The position numbers and the translations under genes are program-made. The notes under the pieces are model-generated. The model saw only the letters and a program-made list of their open reading frames with translations. It was not told the origin of the DNA and did not search any database. This document shows positions 39,850-52,678 of a DNA stretch of 64,000 nucleotides, piece by piece (position 1 is the first letter of the stretch; every line of letters starts with the position of its first letter). Where the stretch lies: assembly GCF_001194135.2 (NCBI RefSeq), contig NC_068992.1, positions 27,460,724-27,524,723 of the forward strand. The letters run 5' to 3'. The stretch is from Octopus bimaculoides. Its lineage: Eukaryota.

Positions 39850-41060
39850 CATATATTGACATCAACTGCTATAAGAACAAAGAAGATGCCCCAGAAAGTA
39901 GTAACTACAGAAACAACAAATAGACCAAGTTACAAAAGTCACAGAAAAAGTTATATTACAACCAATTAGAAAGAAAATTAGCTTAGACAAGATGGAGTTT
40001 GATTTTGTGCCAAGTCAAGGTACCAGTGAATTCCCTCTCCCTAAAGAGATAACTGCAAGGAAAGTTCTTAGCTACAAGTAAGCCACTATATATAGCATTC
40101 TTTAACATGGAAAAAGGACTCTGATAGGGCACTAAGCTTTGTAGTTTGGCCAACTCTATGAAAATGAGAGACAGAATGGCTTGTGAGAACCAGGCAAGCT
40201 ATATACAGAAATGCTGTCAGCAAGATGAGCCTTAGTAATGAGTCCACTGAGAAATTTGGCATGCAGATAGATAGGTACCAGGCTTGTTTCTCCATCACTT
40301 CCTGTTTATTATAGTTCTCCAGGTCATAACAGAAGAATTTAACACCAGTTGTTCATTGGAACTTTTGTATACCAATGACCTAGTTCTTACAACAGAATTT
40401 GTTCAAGAATTTTAAAAATTCCAAATGTGAAAGCAAAGCCTAGAATCAAGAGGTCTCAGAAGTTAAATTAACAAAGACAAAAGATTCAGTTTGTAGGAGA
40501 AAAGATACACAGAAGCAGTGGGGGCACAGACATGTAGCAGATATGCAGGTGTAGCTTACAGTTAGAACTTCCAAGGCTCCCTACAAATAGTTGATTGCTT
40601 CCATTACCTAAGTGACCTAATTAGCAGGGCAGGAAGATACATTGGAAACACAGCAGCCAAAGTAATATCAGAATGGACAAAGTTCAGGAAGGTATAACTT
40701 CTGTTGGCATTAAGATTTTTGCTCTGAGAGAAGGACAGATTGTATGGTTTTTGTGTACAAAATACAAGTTAGATAATGATGAAACATTGGCAATGACAGC
40801 AGAAGTGCAAAGACAAAAAAAGAAATAAGATGAGCAGGCACTACTGAATGCAAAACAGTGTGCATACATGATGGAGCACAGTTGATAGAAAAATTAGGCA
40901 TGAGAAAGATGGAGTGTGCAAATGACAAAAATATGTGGTAATAACAATATGGATAGCATGTGCAAGTTGACAGTTGGGTAAAGAAATACCAGGCAGCTCA
41001 AGTGAAAGGAACCTCTGAGACAAGACCAAGGAAGAAATGGGAGAAAGTGGTAAGGAATTT
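39850..41060 (+). mobile_element. Decayed RTE LINE RT region
   Basis: DQVTKVTEKVILQPIRKKISLDKMEFDFVP; ELLYTNDLVL; KQSLESRG; [12 protein letters not shown]. Confidence 0.8.
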
Positions 41061-41156
41061 AGTAATTGAGAAAACATGCCCCACCAAAATATGTGCGCAT
41101 ATGTGTGTACATGTATATAAACACATATATGCAAATACATATGATGGTTGTACATT

Positions 41157-41157
41157 T

Positions 41158-41248
<91 letters not shown>

Positions 41249-41310
41249 TATATAGACACACACACACACACATATATATATACACACACACACATTTATA
41301 AATATATATA
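41157..41310. repeat. Compound (CA)n/(TA)n microsatellite
   Basis: Directly visible. Confidence 0.95.
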
Positions 41311-41699
41311 TAATTCTATTCTATAATATAGTATATACCATGTCTGTTTCTTTTGCTTTGTTTCCTTTGTTTCTTTTAGCCAATACTATGTCTTATAATG
41401 AATGTAAGCAATTTATCTATACAGTACATGCGTGGTCAGAAACTAGGAAGCAGTTGTATGCACATTTCAATTTCCCTATGAAATCCTTTGTACCTATAAT
41501 ATTGCACCTCTGCTCACACTTTCCTAGTGGGTTTTACTTCAAATAGTTTTAAATAGAACATTAATGGCATCAAGATCATCAATCTCAAAGCATCAGCAAA
41601 TGGAATGAGCAATGCCTTTTCCTACAGGCCTTACAAGTAAAAGCAAATTTTTTTTTTAATTTACAATTAGCAACCACATAATGTGTATGTGTGTATCAA

Positions 41700-43020
41700 T
41701 ACATGTGTGTGTTTGTAAGCTTGCCTTTTTTGTCTTTTTGACTTGTCTGAAGGAAAGAGAACTCCCCACAACCTTTGCAGGCCCTCCATAACTGGCAAGC
41801 TTGATGCTATTAAAGTTTGGTTACAAATGTTTCAACACCCGCAGTAAAGACATGAACAAAGAGGAGATTCCCAATGGCCAATGTTCTGGCAAGAAAGACC
41901 TGGACATAATGGGTAGTAGAAGGATTATGGAATTGGAAGTATCAAGAATGATGAGAGATGGAAAGACAAATAGATAAGGCATGCCTGTGTGTTGGAGGTA
42001 TGAGACCAGCCAGCTCAAAGATAGAGAGAGAGAACAGGGAGACAGCAGGCCTCTGGGCCAGAGGCTGTTAGCAGGCTTGAAGTGACTGAATTTTAATTAA
42101 TCAAGTGACTTTCTTCTGGATGTGGTAAATGATGTTTGCGTGCATAGTAGCAGCTCTGTTGCAGATATGGGAGCAGTACTACATTTTGGGTCACACTTGA
42201 ACTTTGTTGAATGTTAGTAGCTGTTGGGTGTTTATTTTCTGGCCCTAAAGAGAAGTACCAATTTTTTGGGAGGTGGTTCTAGCTATGATAGAGATTACTT
42301 TACTGAAAGTGAGGTCCAACATTTGGAGTGACTGTGAAAGATCTAGGTGAGTGCTGCTCATGTTTAATGGGGATGTAGTACAGTGGTGCTTTCTTGATGA
42401 ATACTGCATTAGCTTTTTTTGATTTTTGCTTTTTTGTGTTTTTTTTTTTTTTGCTGTTGAAAGAAATAAGGTTGACTTGGTCCTACTGGAGGGCATTCTC
42501 AGGGTTTCCAGTTGTGGAATCTATGCAAGCTTGGTGTGTGATTTTCAAGCTTTAAGTGGGTGATGCTGGTTGGGGGAATGAAGGGTTGTGTCATTTGCAT
42601 AAGAGTGGACATTTGTTGTATGTAGTGGCAAGTAGGTCATTGATATATAGAAGGAAGAGACCAGAGGTTGAAACCAAACTTGAAAGAACACCAGAGTTGA
42701 TTCAGCGTTGGATAGAAGAAACTGTCAACACATGCCATAATATGGTGTAATTATATAGGAAGTACTGATTCAATGATATGAGAAATGGGTAGGGGTTCAT
42801 GGATGGGAAGTTTTGATAGCAGATTTGCATGCCAAATACAGTCAAAGATTTTGCTTATGTGTAGGGCAACAACTTTGTTTTCATCAAACTTTTCTATCAT
42901 GAGAACTAACGGATGAGTGACATAAGAGAGTAGCTCTCCAGTGGACTTGGCTCTGTGGAAGCTGTAGTAGTGGTCACTGATGAGAGAAATTCAAAGAGAC
43001 CAATTCAAGGTATTGAACCA
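41700..43020 (-). mobile_element. Decayed CR1/L2/Crack-like LINE RT
   Basis: VALHISKIFDCIWHANLLSKL (similar to LDISKAFDRVWH) and downstream RT remnants. Confidence 0.7.
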
Positions 43021-43264
43021 TGTCATAATTAATGTGTGTGTGTGTGTGTATTCACACTCATACTTATGTATACAGATACACACATATATATACACAGATA
43101 TGCATGCATACACAGACCTCACAGTGTAAGTTAAAACAAACCAAATATCCAAAGAACTCACACATGCAAACACACTATAGTCATTTTATGTGCTTCTCTG
43201 GATAGTTTGAAATAAAATGAAGTAGAAAAACTTAAACTGCTGAAGACAAGAATAATGGTAGAAT

Positions 43265-43480
43265 ATTGGTTTCAAATTTTGGCACAAGGCCAGAAATTTG
43301 TGGAGAGGGAGTAAGTTAATTACATCTATCCCTATATTTAACTGGTACCTATTTTATTGACTCTGAAAGGACGAAAGGAATTTGACCTCAATAGAATTTG
43401 AACTCAAAACATAAAGACAGGTGAAACACTGGTAAGCATTTTACCCAGTATGCTAACAACTCTGCCAGCTCACCACCTTA
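43265..43480 (-). mobile_element. 220-bp SINE copy
   Basis: Reverse complement of the 10151 family. Confidence 0.8.
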
Positions 43481-44399
43481 GATATTAATAGAATATTAGA
43501 AACATATCCAAGATCAGCCACTATCATATATAAGCACATGTTATGCAATGTTAAATTATAAGGCACCAAAAGAGAATGATTCTCCCCAGACACAACAGAA
43601 TATGCTTCAACGCACAAACTCACATAAAGAATCTTGCAAACCAAATCCCAAAACGAAATTTTTATATTTTGTTTGACCAGAATTTAGAAAAGTTGTTGCC
43701 TAAGGGTGAGTAATGATAATTTTACAAGGGCAGCATTCAAATTTGAAATTTTATTTTATTGTAATAATTGACAGTCAATATACAATTACATTTGGAATAA
43801 AGAAGCATTCAACTAAGATTCTTTAAGAAATGAATTAAAAGCATTTTCTACAACCTTTGCTATAATAAGAATGGTAAATGATTGTAATATTTTAGGCATT
43901 TTAAAGAATGAGCAATTATTATTTTACCTCAAGTCAATCCTGATGAAACACACCTATAATCAAAAGCATAACAGCTGTGGCTATCCTGTCTTCTTTTATA
44001 AAAGTTTAAAACTAGGGTTGCATTATGTCATTCCTTTATAAGTCAGTAAGTTTAATTTGACAGAGATTTAGTCACTGTTTGTAGCCTGTAGAATACCTAA
44101 GTAGAGTCCCTTTGGTTTGAAGAATGAACAGCTGTAAGAAGGAATGGAAAAATCTCACCTATTTATCTATATTTAACCCCCTCAGTTTCTCTTTTACTTT
44201 TGTCACTAAGTCAGTTTTGTAGTAAAAATACCAAACCAAATTTTAGCAGAGAATCTACATACATATATAATAGTCTTTCACTGGTTTCAGCCTTCGCCCA
44301 TTGGCCATACTAGAGCACTGACATCAACGCTTTTATTCAATATCTCGACCTCAGTACTACAACAGGTATTTATTCTAACAACCTCATGTAGGTAGAAAG

Positions 44400-47300
44400 G
44401 GATGTAACTCAGACTAAATACCACAAAGTACATTTGCAACACTGATTTTGTTTGACACTCCTTTACTAACGTCCTTTTAGATACATACACACATAAACGT
44501 AAGTATCGTTGACTTACAGCCGAAGTTATATAAAATAATTTTAGCTAATTTACGCGAGATGTTTAAAAATTTGGTGTACACAACGATCCAGCATATAGTC
44601 GGTGTTTTTATGTTTATATAAATGAAATAAACGGGAAGAATGAACCTCAATACACTACTTGAAGGCAAGGTAGAATATTTACTTCGTGGGACATCTAGAA
44701 GTTTTGGTAATTATTCACTATGTCAGCCGTTGTTGAACTTACGACACTTAATTATTTAAGCTAGACAATGTAGGGTAGTAATTGAGATTACGAGTGATTA
44801 GTATGTAGATTGAGCAGGAACTAAGCAGTTACTTTATGTATCTATGAATTTTAATAACCTCTAAGTAATAATATAAGGTAAAATATCTTCAGAGTGCTCT
44901 ACTAGAGGAATATGAGTTAGGACACTTAAACACATACCAGCTGCTATAACACAGATGTACACACACGCAACTATACAGCACATTATAGTTTAATCACACA
45001 CCACAATTTCTATCTACCAAATTTCTTCATCAATCCGAAGTTAAATAGTAACATGATGGGATCGAACCGAGAACATATGAGTATATGCGAACTTTTCAAC
45101 CATGCATATACTTACACACATATATGCTTATTTACTAAGCAATAAGGGAATTAACATTTGTTTTCTTTCCTATCTGCATATTGTAGAAAGAGAAAGGCAA
45201 CGTGAATTAAAACTGTTTGTCCCACAATTAACTGGTATTTTCTAAAGCTTAAAACCTTAATTCTTGACATAATATATAGAAATCCAGTAGGGAGTTATTT
45301 CCCTTTCAACGCAGGCTACTGAAGTTTTGAAGGGTTACTTATATGTATTTACTCTCTCTCTCTCTCTCTCTCAATAGCACCGAAGGACCTGCAAAATTTA
45401 CATACTTCCATTGAATGGAAATAATTTGTTTTTATGTCACGCAGCATTTATGGGTTAATGATTATGGTAATCTTCTCACAGTTTAAAGTGTTCAGCTGAT
45501 CGAGGCTCTCCATTTAATTAAGAGGACAACAGTGTGTTCCTCCACCCATCTGTGAAAGGACCCAAATTGTTGAAAGCGAGATAAACGAAAGTAACGAATC
45601 ACAACGAAATTACTGCAATGATATATCACGGCCCATAGCAACAGGCGGACATCAAAGAGACCACTTCACCCCGTTACAAATTATTCTCTGGAGCGTGAAA
45701 GGTGGGATAGGAAAACCAGATTGTAGAAGTGGGAGACGAGAGAGGGAGGGAGCGTGTAAGGTTTGTAGATCCTCTAATGTGGGTCGGCGATTAGATGGAA
45801 GCTACCCACAAATCGAGTCCGTTAACACAGTTTCTAACGCACTTGTAGTAGTTTTTACCGGTTGTGCTCTATTTTGGGACATTAACGTCACAACTTCCAC
45901 TCCTATACACCTTTAAGTTTAATGAATTTGATGTATGATTTCAATTGGTTTCATTCGTGTATAAAACGGATTCTTAGTTTTCTGTAAATTTCATTTTCTA
46001 GTGTCAAATAAATTGCTACAACGTTTTTCTCTAACAAAGCACAGTACCAATTTCCTTTCGGAGAAGTATTATCCGACCTCGTTGGGATGAAATTTGAGCT
46101 GATCCGGAATTAAAAGAGGGATACTGTAATCCATTTGTTTCCGTTTTCACCTGTCTTGGAACATATATCCGACGTTTTCATAAGAAATTAAACAAATGAT
46201 TATACTGAGAATGTTTGTTCGCATCCACATAGGTAGATAGGTGTGTGTGTGTGTGTAAAAGAGGTTGGCTGACCAACATCTGATTTACAGGGAGAAAGCG
46301 TGTACAAATAAAAGACAGCATAAGAAAGAGAACACAAAAAGGTCCTCTTTAAAATCGAAAAATAATTCCTACACAATAATAATGAAACTGTTGTGATATA
46401 ACTGAAACAGTTGACAACAAACAACAGTTGACAACTTAGTAGTAATTTTTTTATACACACAATTCTTTTATACACACAACACACTTCAAAAGAAATATGA
46501 ACCGACACCTGATGATTAATCAGAACCACAAACATCATCCATCATCTTCAATGTACCAACACCACATACATCAATTCAAAATCCCGAACAGGAAGTTTTC
46601 ATTGTAATTCATCATTGATACAATTTAATGGATGTGTAGGGGGGTGGTGAGAGAGAGATACAGACAGAGAAAGTGCATGAGAGTGATTACGTGTATATAC
46701 ATCAGCACACATGTGTGTGCGTGTCTGTGTGAGTGCGTGTGTGTGTGCGCGTGTTTATATGAACATGTATGAAGCGTCCCAAAGTGGAATGGACTGAAGG
46801 TGATCGGACCAGAAAATGCTTCATTAAAATACATTGAACAGTCAATCAGTATTAGGAAACATTCGTTCTTTATGAATTGTTGTTTCTATGCTCGACACTT
46901 TAAACTTATTTTCACAATTAATAATATAATTAGATCTTACAGGAACCAGCTCCTTTCCAATCTCATTCCCCTCCCCCATCATCATCATCACCATCAATAT
47001 TGTACTTTACTGTTTCCCAATATAGATAACAATCAAGATAAAGAATGGTGATCTTTTGATATTGCATTATAAATGTATCGACCATTCTTCAACAATAATC
47101 TTTTGGCAACCTAAAAGTTACAGGGTTTTAAAAATGACGTCTTCGCCACAGTCTCTGTCTCTCTCTCTCTCTCTCCCTCTCTCTGAAGCACATACATACA
47201 AAGTTGCATAAGCATTCAACAGGTGAGTAAATTGAATTCTATAAACTGCACTTACAGAATCTTATAGCAATAGTTATTTCCATAAAAAAAAAGGAATGGT

Positions 47301-47814
47301 GGTAAGAAATACAGCAATCTTCATTTAAAATTACAGCCAACTGAATTAAATTGATCCATTGAAAGAAATATAATTCTCAAACAAAAAATGTATATACGTC
47401 TAATTAAAGGTAAAAACCACTACCTGTTCAGCAGTATAATATCTGTTATGTGCCTCTCTCTTTTTTTTTCCTTCACCGTCTTCAAAGTCCCTGAGAAACA
47501 GTTTTTTTTTCTTCTTTTTCTTAAAAGGAGAATGTAATAAAATGCCTGTTGTCTGGCTGTACTCCTAACATGTATTGTTTCCTGCAGCAGTAAAGCTGCT
47601 ACTGGCCGCTATACTCCACTGCTACTCTAAATGATATTTGTAGTAGTAGTAGTAGTAGTGGTGGTGATGGTGGTGGAGGTGTGAGTGCTACTGCTAGTCT
47701 GGTCATTCTCGTTGCTACAGCTTACCTGGTTAATAACCGCAGACCCAATCAGTCGTATCGACTCGAGATCCCCTCTCCCTTCCCATCATATTTTATAATA
47801 CACTAGAATGCGAT

Positions 47815-47868
<54 letters not shown>

Positions 47869-48650
47869 TCGAGAGGAGAATTCTTTAGTTTTATTTTCTT
47901 CACTCTCAGTTCGTCGACAGATAGGAAACACAGTACGCAGTTTCTATCACACATTCTGTAAAACGGTTACACGTTTTTCTTTCACTTTATTTCTGTATTG
48001 TCCCGATTAAGTAGACACACGCGGAAAGCTATTGAGAAATAAACAATCCGCAATATTTTTGATTCATATTGTTTTTTTTTTCATTTTACATCCCTTCGAA
48101 TGTAAGTGTGTGATTCACCGTTGCGTTCGAACTGGTATAACATACTCTCCCGTTTGTTACATAAGCATCCAGGTGAGGCAACTTTGGTGGCCAGTTTCAT
48201 TCCACTCTCGTTTCACTTCACCTACAATTTAAAGTCCCATGTTAATCTAAAGATTAGAGCAGTAAAATATATTCAGATTCTGAGGTGATCTGAAAAAAAA
48301 CAATAAACTCTCTCCTGTCCTACCCTGAGCTATACATCTCTTTAAGTAGTGATATTTTACCGTTAATACGCGTATATGTTGGGATTCTCCCGAGTAAATC
48401 CTTCAGTTCTTTAACGCAGTTTGCATATTCTTTGTATAATGCATGTGAATGTAATTATAGGCAGAAAGAATTCAGAGTGTCACAAAGAAACGCGTGTTCA
48501 ATTACCACTTTGCTCGTCTTTTTTATGTACATGTTTATATTATATCTTCCCTTTAACAGAGAATAAACATATATAATTATAGAATTCAGGAATCGAGAAT
48601 TTGTAAAGTTTGTACTTTACCTAAATGTACTATGTAGCAAATGAATAGTT
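44400..48650. promoter_or_regulatory. Largely TE-free CpG-rich region with oppositely oriented splice donors; candidate promoter/enhancer block
   Basis: CpG visibly enriched relative to flanks. Minus donors at 47726 (gtaagc) and about 44518 (gtaagt); plus donors at 47222, 48101 and 48172. Confidence 0.35.
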
Positions 48651-50400
48651 GCTTATCAAGCTAATGGTAACAACTTTTGTGCAATATGTTTCCATCTCTA
48701 ATGGAAGTATTTCAAACAGATCATCAAATTAAATGTCCAGAAAATATCATTAAAGTTAGATTACTTCTTCCGTGCAAGAAAACACTTTAACACTGTATTC
48801 CAGTTAAATATATTCTATGTACTTGTCTCTCTTCCTCTCAAATCAATCAATATGCCATACATTCTCCAGAATAGCAGCCTTGTGAACCATTAGTCACCCT
48901 TTTCTCCCCAGTTAGCAATAATTTAGGCCACAAAGTTTAGAAATGTTTGTAAAAACTAAAACCCGAAGACTGAATGACTCCAAATCATTTTATAGAGGAT
49001 TGTCAAAATACTTGGCTGATGTCTCATATCTTAAGGTGCTCAGCAGAACTCTGGGTATATTTGCATATTATGCAAAATGGATCCATAAATTCCAATAAAA
49101 TAATATTCTTATCAGAAACACAATAATATCCTCAAAGTCAAAAGCACTTAATACCTTTCATACTTTTGAAAAGTAATTACAACCATCTCCCTTGTAGCTA
49201 TTGATGAAACTTCAACTTTCATTCTTGAGTTTGATGAGGCTGATGTTTCAACTACTCTAAGACAAGATAACAGACCTGTTGCTTTCGTGTCAAGTACTCT
49301 TGGTCTTGTAAGTAAACTTACACTATTCATGAACAGAGAAAGAAATCAAATTGCCATTTTACTCTTATCACTGTTCAACAGTTGGATAATGGAAATAACA
49401 AGATATTGGAATATCATTTTCAGCTTCCATCTTTTTCTGGCACTACNNNNNNNNNNCATCCCAGAAAAAAAAAAAAAAAACTATGTTGTATCAGGTGCAC
49501 TGACATGTAACTTCTGAGCATTTATTTTGCCATTTACATTATCTGAAACACACAAAGGGGCATCATGTCCAGAAATAACAAGAATGCTTCATTTTGTGCA
49601 ATCTGAAAATTCATCTTACCTTCTGAGGGTTGTTAAAGGACCTATTTGTCTTGCTGTCTGTGTGCAAGTTTTAAGCTTCAGTTATTTCATTCACTACAAG
49701 GTACACTTATCAAGTCTACTCATCATATGGAGTAAGTTTAGTGACATCAGTATCAACACTCACTCACAATAAATATCTCTTTGAAGCCATTGAAGAACTC
49801 CCACACTTTCCTTTTTTTATTTGCAATATCTTATTCAAAAATGAGTTCTTAAACTGCTATAAAAATATCTATATCAAATTTTAACATTGAATACCACTGC
49901 AGGATACATTCCTATCATTTTAGGTCATCATTGCTTACAAAGGATGTAAAGACCATTTGAATAAACAAGGAATCATCAAACACAAAACTATCCCTTACAA
50001 CCCATGTGGCAATGATTTCATTGAAGGATACTATGGGATTATCCAGTAAGCTATTAAGTTATCTCTCCTAATATACAGTCACTCTGTTTCTTATCGAGAG
50101 GCAGTATTTTCTGATACACTATCCTCACTCAATAAGTTCTTTACTCAGTACAGTTATAACTTATGAAGGACATTTTGGTTTTAAGAGTGTTCTGCCAATG
50201 GTAATACATTACCAGCTTGGCTAACATCCCCTCGTAAAGTTTTATTGCACCAAATTGATCCATATGTTCGTGAGATGGAGTTCCCAGAACTAAATCCATT
50301 GTATGCATATGTGAATTTTCTAAATCATAAAGAATCAAAAGCACTATTCTATGATTTTGCATAATTTTTACTCCTTAGTTATAATGAAATTTCTACAGAA
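48650..50400 (+). mobile_element. Decayed Ty3/Gypsy pol (RT-RNaseH-integrase)
   Basis: RTLGIFAYYAKWI (RT thumb); AIDETSTFILEFDEA...RQDNRPVAFVSSTL (RNase H); PYNPCGNDFIEGYYGII (integrase); many stops and frameshifts. Confidence 0.8.
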
Positions 50401-50409
50401 TCATATATT

Positions 50410-50625
50410 CTTTTCTACTCTAGGCACAAGGCCTGAAATTTTGGGGGATGGGCTAGTCGATTAGATCGACCCAGTAAGCAACTGGTTGTTAATTTATTGA
50501 CCCCAAAAGGATGAAAGGCAAAGTCGACCTCGGCGGAATTTGAACTCAGAACATAAAGACAGACGAAACACCACTAAGCATTTAGCCCGGCATGCTAACG
50601 ATTCTGCCAGCTCGCTGCCTTACCG
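50410..50625 (-). mobile_element. 220-bp SINE copy at the end of the Gypsy remnant
   Basis: Near-consensus copy; flanks gaatcatata/gaatcacata look like a TSD. Confidence 0.88.
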
Positions 50626-51492
50626 AATCACATATTGACAATGCAACATCTTTGGTGCAAAATATCTCAACTTTTACATTACTGTAACAAATGCTGCTGC
50701 CTTCTTCTCAATAAATTAAATCACCTGAGCAAAAAAAAGTCAAGGAATTTGAAAATGGTCGACTCAAGCATCCATGACTTTTGACAGACTTGGGTGTACT
50801 TTTAACAACCAGGGGAAAATAAAAAAGAAATGCAGATATGTTCATTTAGTGTTTAAAATTGCTACATGTCCTGTATTATGTGCTCCATTCTACTTAGACA
50901 TATTTAGTCATTAGTTCTTATATTAATATACTTCTTTATTATATTTGAGTGAAATAAAACCTTTTAATTGATATTCCGTATTTCATCAAACATTAATTAC
51001 ATACAAGGACCTTACATTATTACCATCTCTTAGTCAGTAAGTTATAAAAGAACTAAATTTTTGCCTTTCCTAATGAATTCCGAAACAAATTAGAAATTCA
51101 GAAACAAGTATAAAGGGAAAATCAGATGTGCTAAGGGATGGGGATGATAAACAACTTTGTTGAATAAAAAAAACCCAAAAAGTATATATAATAGAATTCT
51201 AATGATAAAATGAAAAAGCTATTCAAACAAAAAATTATTAACAGGAATAAAAATGGATGGAGGGAAAGAAAGCCAAAAGGTGTTGAACAATAGAAGTGAT
51301 TCATTACATAAAAATTTAAAGATGAAGTTAGTGAATTCAATTACTGGGAGTGAAATTAATGACAATTTCTCACCATTGAAAATAATGAGATATAGAAGAA
51401 ACGATATTAGTAATGAGTAAACTGATGTTTATTAGTAATAATGATATCATGGCAAAGATGATTATATAGGATTCATAGTGTTATCTAATATT

Positions 51493-51735
51493 CTTTTCTA
51501 CTCTAGGTACAAGGCCCAAAATTTTTGGGGAGGGGGCCAGTCGATTAGATCGACCCCAGTACACAACTGGTACTTAATTTATTAACCCCAAAAGGCAATT
51601 TATCGATTTATTAATTTATCAACTCGAAAAGGCAAAGTTGAGCTCGGTGAAATTTGAACTCAGAACATAAAGACAGACAAAATACTGTTAAGCATTTCGC
51701 CTGGCGTGCTAACATTTCTGGCAGCTCGCCGCCTT
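51493..51735 (-). mobile_element. 220-bp SINE copy with perfect 18-bp TSD
   Basis: ATAGTGTTATCTAATATT at 51475-51492 and 51736-51753. Confidence 0.9.
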
Positions 51736-51974
51736 ATAGTGTTATCTAATATTGTTTTCTTTCCATACTCTTTTGTTTTTTCCCCGACAACATTTAAGGT
51801 TATTTTAGTAAAAGGAAAGGAGTTTGAAAAATTAACTGAATCTCAGTGTATTACTGATATTTTAATAAGTTCAATGAGGAAAACTTGACTATGATAAATT
51901 TTACCACATCAAGCTTAACAGATTATTTAGTCTGAGTTTCTACTCTTTGAAGTCTCACCATCCCTTGGGCTGTT

Positions 51975-52365
51975 ATTTTTTATTGTTTACTTGTTTCAAT
52001 CATTAGACTACAGTCATGCTGGAACACTGGCTTGGAGAATTTTTTAGTTGAATGAATCAACCCTGGTACTTATTTTTTAAACCTGGTACTTGTTCTATCA
52101 GACTCTTTTCCCAAGCTGCTTAGTTATAGGGATGTAAACATACCAGCACCAGTTGTCAAGCAGTAATGGAAAACAAATGCAGCCAAACACACACACATAC
52201 ATATACACACAATGGGCTTCTTTCAGCTTCCATCTACCAAATCCACTGACAAAGCTTTGGTCAGCTCGAGGCTAAAGTAGAAACACTTGCCCAAGTTGCC
52301 ACACATTATGAATGAATCCGGAACCATGTGGTTCGGAAGCAAGCTTCTTACTACATACACGTTTA
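51975..52365 (-). mobile_element. SINE copy (11279 family)
   Basis: Similar along its whole length (reverse complement). Confidence 0.8.
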
Positions 52366-52475
52366 TAATGACTTTTTCTACTTAGACATAAAGCTTCAGA
52401 CATATAATGGAGGCAAAATTAAATTACAACATCTATGTTTTTCTCAAATATATTAGTAAAATATGTTTCTTATAG

Positions 52476-52678
52476 AATGTCTCAAAGTTCTAAGGCTGGG
52501 AAATGAATATGTGACCACATTGTTAGAGTACCACCAAAGATCTCATCTTCAAGGGACAAATACACTGAAGAGGTTTTACACTGGTTATTTTTTTTTTAAA
52601 CTCAGTACTGTCAGTTTATGATACACTTGTTAATTTGACAGTGCTGCCACTGCCAACATTAGTGATGGTAATTCAAAG
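52476..52678 (+). CDS. Candidate coding exon pair (52476-52572, 52642-52678)
   Basis: GT-AG 69-nt intron; joined frame is open: CLKVLRLGNEYVTTLLEYHQRSHLQGTNTLKSAATANISDGNSK; second donor AAG|gtaggt. Confidence 0.3.

Larger units (their letters stand above)
41380..44498 (+). other. Candidate microexon cluster: 41380-41403, 41628-41636, 43688(or 43681)-43705, 44481-44498
   Basis: ag acceptors (long polypyrimidine tract at 41380, CTAAC branch point at 44481); donors gtaagc, gtaaaa, gtgagt, gtaagt; lengths 24, 9, 18, 18 nt. Confidence 0.35.
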
